From assembly GCA_030141605.1 (NCBI GenBank), contig JAQGDQ010001453.1, positions 1-40,382 of the forward strand: 40,382 nt of DNA, written 5' to 3'. Shown in pieces: positions 30,923-40,382 of the stretch. Each line of letters starts with the position of its first letter. Within the stretch, counting starts at the first letter, position 1. Under the pieces are notes generated by a model. The model was given only the letters and a program-made list of their open reading frames with translations. It did not search any database and was not told where the DNA came from. This DNA is from Tubiluchus corallicola (taxonomy: Eukaryota; Animalia; Priapulida). A program made the position numbers and the translations under genes.

Positions 30923-32904
30923 AACTATAAGATAGAGGGACCACGATGCTGATGATGCTGGGTGTTTGTGAGGCGGCAGTTACCGAGCCGATGAGGAGGA
31001 ATTTTCTGAAGAGCAGGGGGAGGGGGATTGAAAACAATAATCATAATTTCTATTTCTGGTGCTTTAATTAAAAAGCGTAATTGTTCATTAAGAAGCGTAA
31101 TTGTTTAAAGTACGCTCAAAACATTTTAATGATTTGAAGCATCAAAAGTGTTCATATTAGAATTGATCCCCCTCCCATGCCGATAGTGACCAGGCGGTGG
31201 GAAGCTAATTTTTAACAACATGGCGACACATATTTTAGCCATATTTAACTGATTGTATATTCAAACGTTATCTATACATGGACAGCCATGGTTACGATAT
31301 TAGGCAACATCTTTAAATTATGCAACGTGGCAAACTTGATGCCTATAGTCAAAATAACCGCTTGACTATATACAAGGTTGTGTGTCATAATAGCAATTAT
31401 TTTCATAGAAGGGGAGTACTGCAAGATTGCACATCATTGGTTTGTATTATAAGGCAGTTACAATACGCATATGTAAAACACACGTTAGACAAAATTATGG
31501 TTAAAAATACATCATGTCCAAAGAACAAAACAAGACTTTCAAAGGGAGGTATCCCAGGATATATTTTACATAATATGTATCCTTGTAAAGTTTAACGGTG
31601 CATTCAGACTAGCAATTCCCCCCCCCCCCCTCCCCATGTTAACTCGCCAAGTAACTGGCGAGTGTGCAAATTTTGAGAGAACACGCGCGACAAAAAACTC
31701 CCCGGTGTGAACGCTTCATTAGATTGTAAAGCTTAAACATGACAATGTGAAAATGTCGGAAATAAGGCATCTTCTAAAAATTCTTACTGTGTTTTGTCTT
31801 AGGAAAAACTTTCAAAGTTTGGTGCCTGTGCATTCTATTTTCTAGAAATTTGCACAATTCTCGCTTTCAGTTACTAGTAATTTAATAAAACAACTTATTT
31901 TTGCATTTCTGAGATAATATTTGTTGATAAGCTCTTTGAAGACAAGATTTTTAATCAAAATTCAGCCTTAACATTAAAAATTGCATTGCGCACTGTCAGG
32001 CCTCAAGGCACTTCATCTAACTTTACAAGCAATTAAATGTAAAACAGAAACCTGAGAGGTTAAAACTTCCAATTACTAAGAAATTTTTGAGATTTGCTTT
32101 AAATTGAAAGTGAATTTTGATCGTGCAAATATGTAAAATCAAACAATTTGTGATGGCGATTTAATATGACAAGCGTTTATGCATTTGGTGATTCATGTGA
32201 TTAAGATTGTTTAGGATGGATTACTCCTTCGCTGGCTTTATGAATCCATTGTGTAAATCTAAGTCAAGATCTCTCAACAAATTTTGCAAATGTCTCACAA
32301 GCTTATCCATCTGAATGCTGATCAATGTAATGCTTCCAAGCGGCCATTTTGTCCTTCGCCATTCAACAATCTTTTGGTGCAATAATTTTTTGTACCGTGA
32401 GATGGTTTTGTGTCTATGTTAAGATACGTGTGTATATTACCTCTATGCTATGTTTATTTTAGATAAGATTCTACTTGTAAACGTGTGCTTTAATTTTTTT
32501 TAGATGGGCGTATTTTGTTGTAGCTAATATCGTTTTTTACTTTATTAGATGTGTTTTTATTCACTCCTACTGCACCGTAAATGACTATAAAAAAGCTTTA
32601 GCACGAAGCGAGTCAACGTCAAGCTCTGAGCAGAGTAGGACCTCCAAGAATGGCAAATCGGGTGCTAATAACCAGTTTGTTCAATTCAACTGAGGTTTAT
32701 TTATCTTGTTCAATTGAAATTTTTTTTGATGATTTATGCTAATATGATGGATAAAAGCTACGTCACAATTTTTTTCATACACCCGTTTGAGTAGTGAGTT
32801 CGCACTTAAAACTAAGTTTTTAAAAAATCGTTTTTCGTCTTTTGGTTTTAAAAAACTTTATATCAGCTTTACACTGTATATATATATATATATATATATA
32901 ATAA

Positions 32905-35873
32905 TCTTTATTTGCCATTAAAAACATTGATAATCACTGATAAAAACTTTACAGAGATAATCAATCAGTGTTAGTTAATAAAAACTTACACTGCTAAAGG
33001 CAAATGCGTCAGTGCAATCTAAACTACTGTGCAGTAATGACGAATAAAATCAAACATATTTACAACTATACACAAAAAAATATAAAAAAAAACTATGATT
33101 TAATTAATATGGCCGTGGATATATAAATTCTGAATTAGTGTGTATGTTGTCGTACTGGTGTGATGGTATTTCATATCTGGTTAATATTAGTGATTTTAAT
33201 TTTGTTTTAAATGCTGATAGGGACTTGATTTGTTTAACCTGTAATGATAGAGAATTCCAAAGTAGAATTGCTTGTTTGATTACAGAGTTCGCTCCATAGT
33301 GGGTATTTGTCCTAATTTGTTTTAGATTGCTTGTTCTGGAATTAACGATAGGATTTGGAAAAAAGGTAAATCTGTTATTCTGGAATGGTTTGCTGATGTT
33401 GTTAATGTATTTAAATATAAAAAGCAGAGTAAAATATTCTTTGTGTGCTTCAATGATTGGGAATTTTAAAGTTTTTCTCAGGTTAGTTGTTGAAGCTTTG
33501 AATTTTTGTCTACCTGCCTTGTGTTTGTATGAGTACCCAGCTATCAATCTCAACGCATAGTTTTGAAGGAGATTTAATTTTAAGTAATTTTCTCTTTTGG
33601 TTTTTTGAAGTAGCGTACATCCATATAAGAAGTGTGGTAGAACTAAAGTTTCATATATTAGTGTTTTAGTTTCCTTTGTTAGTTGCCCTTTAACTTGTCG
33701 GAGATATGATGTGCTAGATGCCATTTTTGTGTATAAGTTATTAAAGTGATCATCCCATGAAAGATTATTGTCTACTTGTATGCCCAGGAATTTAACATTG
33801 TTAGTTTGTTTGATTACAGCATTATCTATTGTCAAAGTGGTTGATGATGCATCATTAGTATTTAATGAGGGTGACAGTATCATGAATTCTGTTTTGTCAT
33901 TATTCATTTTTAGCTTGTAATGACTAAATGCCATATTTATATTTTTTATATCTTCTTCTAAATAATTTATTGCAGTTTGGACATTTTCATGGGCTATGTA
34001 GATTGTAGTGTCATCAGCGTATTGCGTTATTTGTGAGTGTTTTAATACACTGGATATGTTGTTTATATATAGGCAAAATAATAACGGACCTAGTAGTGTT
34101 CCTTACGGTATACCTCTGTTTAACGTGGCCCAGTCAGAAAAGTTGGTTGTATCTAACTTTACTCGTTGTTGTCTATCTTTGAGATAATTTTGTATCAGTT
34201 TTAACGATATCGAATCTAATCCGATTTGTTTTAAATTATCGTAAAGTAGTTCGTGATTAATGCTATCGAAAGCTTTACTTAAATCCAAAAATGCTGCTGA
34301 AATGTATTGCTTGTTGTCTAAACTATGTCTCCAATTTTCTGTTGTGTGTATTAGGGCGTCTATGGTTGAATGGTGTTTACGGAAGCCAAACTGATGTTTT
34401 GATAAAAGTTCATGTTTATTTACATATGAATTTATCTGATCATAAATTTCCCACCTTTTCCCAAACTTTGCCGAAACAATGGATTACGGAAATTGGGCGA
34501 TAATTTATAGGATCACATTTTGGATCTTTTTTATGGATTGGAGTCACGTTTGCCATTTTACATACCGTTGGAAATTCGCCTCTCATAATTATCTGATTAG
34601 CAATGTAAGTCATATGCGGGGATATTACAGATGCACTATCTTTTAGAATTTTGATAGGAATATCTGATGGTCCACTCCCTTTGTTGGAACTTAGGTTATT
34701 TAATATGTCGTTAATTTCTCCTACTGTGACGCTTTTGAATGAGAATACTGTGTTAGACGATTTGTTTTTTAATTTATTAATTATATTATTGCTAATATGA
34801 GAAGCCACTCCCTTAAAATTTCCAAGATTCAGGAATATTGCATTTAGCGCATTGGCAATATCTTTGGGTTTTGTAATAACAGTGTTGTTGATCTTAATTT
34901 CGTCAACACGCGTTAGTTTGTTACGACATTTATTTATTACATTGTTAATAATTTTCCATTTTTCTTTAGTATTTCTTACGTTTTTACATTGTTGTTGTAT
35001 ATGTTTATTTTTCAAGCATTTATTAAGATTATTAAATTGATTTCTCTTTTTTTATAATTGTTATGATTGTTTTTAGTTTTGTTCTTTTCCCATATATTAT
35101 ACATTCTGTTTTTCGCTATTCTTAGTTTGTCAAGTTCAGGTGTTGTCCAGGTACTTTCGTTATTGAGTTTGCTTTGTTGTGGGATTTGCTTTACGTTTTT
35201 ATATGGTGCATGTACATTAAGGCAATATTCGACATTATATGTCAGAATATTAACTTGTGTATCTATTTTATCAGTCATATATACGGAGGTCCAGTTCATT
35301 TTTGCTAAGTCGATTAAGTATGAATGTTTGTTGTATTGGGCGTAGTCTCTCATTAAATGCCAGACTGAATTTTGGTTATTATTATGCTGTGGGGTCATTT
35401 TATCTACTAATATTATGAAATGATGATCTGAATAATCACACGGAAAAGTATCATATGCTACGAAATTATTGTTACTATTCGAAATGAAATGGTCGATTAC
35501 TGTGGCTGATGTTTTAGAAATTCGAGTAGGTTTATTGTTGTTAAGTATGTGGACATTATATTGTTTTAAGAGCTCTGTGTATGTTTTGTATGCCAGTGTG
35601 TTTGTAGCTAAAATATCAAGGTTGAAATCGCCCATTATAAGAACTTTTTTATTTTCGAAAACACTGCGTTCTAGTTCTTCACTAAAGTATTTGAAAAGTG
35701 TTTTGTGTTTGAGATTGGGTGGTCTATATATAGTTCCTATTACACAGTTCTCAATGCTGCACCAAACAGATTCAATCTTGCCGGTTCTGATGCCTTTCAT
35801 TTCTTGTGGTCTCAGGTGTGAAGGTATATACATCGCAACCCCTCCACCTTTCTTATTTTTACATCTTATTGTA
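32905..35873 (-). mobile_element. 5'-truncated decayed non-LTR retrotransposon, CR1/L2 group (APE endonuclease + reverse transcriptase)
   Basis: APE motifs GGGVAMYI, IYRPP, MGDFN, IDHF, SDH; RT motifs NYRPIS, QFGFR, LDLSKAFD, GIP*GTLLGP, YADD (~34010-34021); frameshifts and a stop; minus-strand AATAAA near 32907-32912 next to (TA)n. Confidence 0.93.
33104..35873 (-). pseudogene. LINE ORF2 (endonuclease-reverse transcriptase), disrupted
   Basis: split across ORFs 35012-35896, 34440-35015, 34103-34288 and 33104-33934. Confidence 0.9.
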
Positions 35874-37224
35874 GCAACGGCACGGATTCTGTGCATTACT
35901 TTAGTTGCTTCAATTATTTATTATTAATAGAGTTCTACTTTTCCAGCTTTTTATAAAAAATGCCGTTGATTTAAATGTTAAAAATCCAAGACGAAGTGTA
36001 TTTCTCTTTGATTAAAAAACGTTCATTTATAAGAATGTCAGTTTAAATAATCTCAGTCAATGATTTCAATTATAAATGCTATGGAATTATCCAAAAACTG
36101 CATTATGCCTGCTGAAGTATAAATGTAGCAGACTTAGCTTTTTTGTTAATCTTACTTACATATTCGTGCACGAGGCGCCATCTGTGGCGGGAATGTAAAG
36201 CTTTTGGTTTTGGTCAGTTTTTCACCTGCTAGTCACCTGTCTGTTTTACTCACCTGTGTTCTGAACAGTCAGGTTAATCCACTTTATGGGATATGTGGGA
36301 CATTTATGTACTGATTATGTTACAATAAAGCATTCAGTGGTGTTAACCTCTGTTGACAGTGTTTCTGTGACTACAATAAAGTGCTAATAAAATGTTGTTC
36401 ATTAAGTAACAGCATGTAGTACGATATGTTTAACTCTTATTTCAAAATTTGATTTTTTTTTGCATTAAAGTTGCACCAGTTTGCTAAATATCCAACAATA
36501 ATTTAAATAATAATTTAATTTAAATTTAAATTTAAACGGGTTATTAAATTGGTTATTGTGAGCTATTTAACAAATTGATGTCATCCTTGCTAAGTTGCTA
36601 CATTAAGAATTTGACAACTGCATGCAGTGTATGTCAGTCATGTTCTTTGGCTTATACGATTGTTTCTTTACTTTTATTTCGCAAGGATGACATAACTTTT
36701 CTCTTCAGCACATAGACGCAAAAAACTACAGATTTTTGAACTTTTTCGATGATCTGTTTCCATCCTAGGGTGTTATCTTCATAGCAGGCCAGAAAGCAAA
36801 GCTTTATAACTCCATGTACTCTATGCCGGCGTCCGGACGGAAAACCGAAAGTGCTCCTGCCAAAAAGCTGCCTCCACGAGGAGTTATTGAGAAGGAGAGC
36901 ATCCGCTCTCATGTTGACACACCTGTAATTCTCTCATTAAAACCAGAAAATTGTCAAATTAGAGGTCAAAGAAAACCTATTTATCAGGTGAAGCGGTAGC
37001 AAGTTTTAAATGCATAGAGGTTAAAGACAAAATTCTGCAGAGAATTTGACTCAAAATTTGTGATACATGCCCTGCTTGTGTTTGTTTTAGTTTAAAATTT
37101 TATGTATCATTTTTGGAAATAAAAAGTACATTATTATGTTGATTGTTTACGATAAATGTGTTGCTTTTTTTTATAAAAATATTGTATCAGTACTCCTAAG
37201 GTCGAGCATACTGTGAATTATTTT
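35874..37224. repeat. left arm of a ~1.35-kb inverted repeat
   Basis: reverse complement of 38982-40345 along its full length with scattered differences; mirrored ORFs 36652-36912/39293-39538 and 36814-36999/39206-39406. Confidence 0.95.
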
Positions 37225-38179
37225 ATTTATTTATATATTTTACTTTTCATTGAATAAGTTTTTCGTAATTTTTATAAAGGAACTAAAACATGAGAATGTT
37301 GTCACGTGTAGTTTCCAAAAATATTACTTCAACTGAAGCGCAAAAGGCCATGAATATTTTGTTTTATTAACTATATTTGCCGCTAACAGAGGGCAGTACA
37401 ATAACGAAAGCACGTGCAAGAACGTGAGGTATCTTATAAGCCGGCAGCGTAGTAGATGAACAACAGGAAATGTTAGACTGTCACGTGTATGTGCTTAACT
37501 ATATGATGATTTTAATGCTTTGTGTCCATCTGCCTAATGCAACCAAATGAAGAAATTACAATTAAATATTAAGTGCACAACGTAATTAACGTAACCATCG
37601 GACATATTTAAAGAGGAATAAAGCAAGAGATTTCTCTTTTTTGTACCTTGACTGAATTAAATGAAATTTCAACATTTATGATGGAGGATTAATTATATAG
37701 AAATAATTGTTTGGCACTTTCAAGTATAATTATTTAAGTTAATAATTGTCATTTCTGTATTATATTATATTGTATTGTATTGTATTGTTATTATATTCAT
37801 GTATGTATGTATTGTAAATATGTAATTAATTATATTTGTAAATGTACGACAACAATGGCAGCCGGCTGCGGTAGGACTACTGGTAGTTGTTCGTACGGTG
37901 GAAGAGGTTATACTGCAAAAGACAAAAGAACAACATTGAAGATCAAAACACTACTTGAATAAACGCGCATTGTTGCTAGTTGAGGGTCTCAGGTCGAGGG
38001 TACTATGTTCACACTCACTCACAATTGGATATTTAAAACTGGTTTAATTTACTGTCAGAGAAAGATTGAAACCAAACCTGTTTGAAATGCCACAAACCTG
38101 GCTTTAGTTAACAAACATTCTTTCACAATCGAATATTTTGTGTTTTAATAAAGTATAAAAGCATAGAAGGATTGTGTAC

Positions 38180-38267
38180 CAGACTTAGCCTTTTTTTGTT
38201 AATCTTACTTACAAATTCGTGCACGAGGCGGCATCTGTGGCGGGAATGTAAAGCTTTTGGTTTTGGT
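38180..38267. repeat. third partial copy of an arm segment (direct copy of ~36129-36215)
   Basis: cagacttagc..ttgttaatcttacttaca..ttcgtgcacgaggcg.catctgtggcgggaatgtaaagcttttggttttggt. Confidence 0.88.
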
Positions 38268-38503
38268 GATTAAGCAACACTGCCCAAGGCCACAAACTGG
38301 ATGGGAAGCGCAGCAGGTACAGGTGACTGAGCAGCACTGGCCAACGCCACAACCTGGATTAAACTTCGAAACAGCAAAAAGTCAGTAAGCAAAGAATTAA
38401 ACAGACGAGTAAGCAAACGTGAAAACAGCAAACAAAACGTACCACCTCCACCCATTTTCACAACATGCAATACATTGTCATTGTTTACTTTTTTATTATC
38501 AAA

Positions 38504-38975
38504 TGTTTTAGCCGTAAACGTGTAATAATCGCTCGTTTTTTAATATGGATCTTATAAAAAGCTGACCCAGTAACTGCTTGTGGTGTGTTATTAAATGCGT
38601 TGTTAAAATGTTGTTGAAAAGCTGACTCAGTAACTGCTTGTGGTGTGTTATTAAATGCGTTGTTAAAATGTTGTGTGTTCTCGTTAATAGGACGTTTGTC
38701 CTGTAATTATACATTTAGTTTAAACATCATTTATACAAGCATATACAAGCAGAATAAAAATATCTGATTTGTTTAAATACAAAAATTGTTTATTTACAAT
38801 ACACAACGAAAAATATCCAAGCAATAAGCAATTATGGTGTGGGGGGCGGGGAATCGTGACCCTATAAGGGTTAAGCAAACATACTAACATTACGTGAGTA
38901 AACATAAAAACACTCCAATTTACATTTCAAGAACAAGTCAAATCATTTCATCAAACTATTTACAATGGAGAAAAA
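38504..38975. repeat. condensed direct copy of ~29313-30285
   Basis: tgttttagccgtaaacgtgtaataatcg...tttacaataca matches 29313-29549; later blocks match ~29800, ~29935, ~30262 and ~30228. Confidence 0.85.
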
Positions 38976-38981
38976 AGTAAA

Positions 38982-40345
38982 AAAATAATTCACAGTATGC
39001 TCGACCTAAGGAGTACTGATACAATATTTTTATAAAAAAAGAAACACATTTAGCTTAAACAATCAACATAATAATGTACTTTTTATTCCCAAAAATAATA
39101 CATAACATTTTAAACTATAACAAAAACAAGCAGGGCATGTATCACAAATTTTGAGTCAAATTCTCTGCAGAAAGTTGACTTCAACCTCTATGCAATTAAA
39201 ACTTGCTACCGCTTCACCTGATAAATAAGTTTTCTTTGACCTCTAATTTGACAATTTTCTGGTTTTAATGAGAGAATTACAGGTGTGCCAACATGAGAGC
39301 GGATGCTCTCCTTCTCAATAACTTCTCGTGGAGGCGGCTTTTTGGCAGGAGCACTTTCGGTTTTCCGTCCGGACGCCGGCATAGAGTACATGGAGTTATA
39401 AAGCACTTTCTGGCCTGCTATGAAGATAACATGGCCTTGAGTTCATCCCTAGGATGGAAACAGATCATCGAAAAAGTTCAAAAATCTGTAGTTTTTTGCG
39501 TTTATGTGCTGAAGAGAAAAGTTATGTCATCCTTGTGAAATAAAAGTAAAGAAACAATCGTAAAAGCCAAATAAAATGACATACACTGTATGCAGTTGTC
39601 AAATTCTTAATGTAGCAACTTAGCAAGGATGACATCAATTTGTTAAATAGTTCACAATAACCAATTTAATAACCTGTTTAAATTTAAATTAAAATTAAAT
39701 TATTATTTAAATTATTGTTGGATATTTAGCAAACTGGTGCAACTTTAATGCAAAAAAAATCAAATTTTGGAATAAGAGTTAAACATATCGTACTACATGC
39801 ATGCTGTTACTTAATGAACAACATTTTATTAGTACTTTATTGTAGTCACAGAAACGCTGTCAACAGAGGTTAATACCACTGAATGCTTTATTGTAACATA
39901 ATCAGTACATAAATGTCCCACAGATCCCATAAAATTTATTAACCTGACTGTTCAGAACACAGGTGAGTAAAACAGTCAGGTGACTAGCAGGTGAAAAACT
40001 GACCAAAACCAAAAGCTTTAGATTCCCGCCACAGATGGCGCGCCTCGTGCACGAATTGGTAAGTAAGATTAACAAAAAAGCTAAGTCTGCTACATTTATA
40101 CTTCAGCAGGCATAATGCAGTTTTTGGATAATTCCATAGCATTTATAATTGAAATCATTGACTGAGATTATTTAAACTGACATTCTTATAAATGAACGTT
40201 TTTAAATCAAAGAGAAATACACTTCGTCTTGGATTTTTAACATTTAAATCTACAGCATTTTTTATAAAAAAGCTGGAATAATAGAACTCTATTAATAATA
40301 AATAACTGAAGCAACTAAAGTAATGCATAGAATCCGTGCCGTTGC
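38982..40345. repeat. right arm of a ~1.35-kb inverted repeat
   Basis: reverse complement of 35874-37224. Confidence 0.95.
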
Positions 40346-40382
40346 ACAAATTAGGACAAATACCCACTATGGAACGAACTCT
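40346..40382 (+). mobile_element. start of a second fragment of the same LINE (3' region of ORF2), running off the window
   Basis: acaaattaggacaaatacccactatggaacgaactct is 36/37 identical to the reverse complement of 33284-33320 (QIRTNTHYGANS). Confidence 0.85.

Noticed and set aside
31594-31720. Possible PIF/Harbinger MITE (ggtgcattcagac ... gtgtgaacgcttc)
   Set aside because: Terminal repeats are too degenerate to support by eye.
35067-35927. Plus-strand ORFs over the LINE
   Set aside because: Antisense shadows of the endonuclease/RT coding region.
37780-38025. Possible solo LTR
   Set aside because: AATAAA is present but there are no clear TG..CA termini, TSD or second copy.
38270-38480. 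Possible LINE ORF1 fragment (WIKLRNSKK...PPPPIFTTCN)
   Set aside because: Only a loose resemblance, contains a stop, and has no diagnostic domain.

Overview
AT-rich invertebrate (metazoan) genomic DNA, not prokaryotic. 33-22961 (+) is the 3' part of a multi-exon non-classical cadherin of the CDH23/Cad87A/Cad88C type: last EC repeats, membrane-adjacent domain, TM, and a cytoplasmic tail with RKLRAA, PNTNKYAYEGSNPIW and C-terminal PDZ ligand TSYL. I reconstructed its exons by hand with consistent splice phases. It has two phase-matched, apparently mutually exclusive transmembrane exons, candidate microexons, and tandem arrays built from its own splice acceptors. Intron 2 holds a 503-bp internally deleted RTE retroelement with a 19-bp TSD whose 5' end falls exactly on the cleavage site of a twister ribozyme. 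Also present: two hAT MITEs, many minisatellites, a convergent C2H2 zinc-finger gene (-) with QALGGH-like fingers, a Tigger/pogo remnant, a decayed CR1/L2-group LINE (-), and a ~1.35-kb-arm inverted repeat whose two arms join the same LINE at different points. All coordinates were read by eye; no searches were run.
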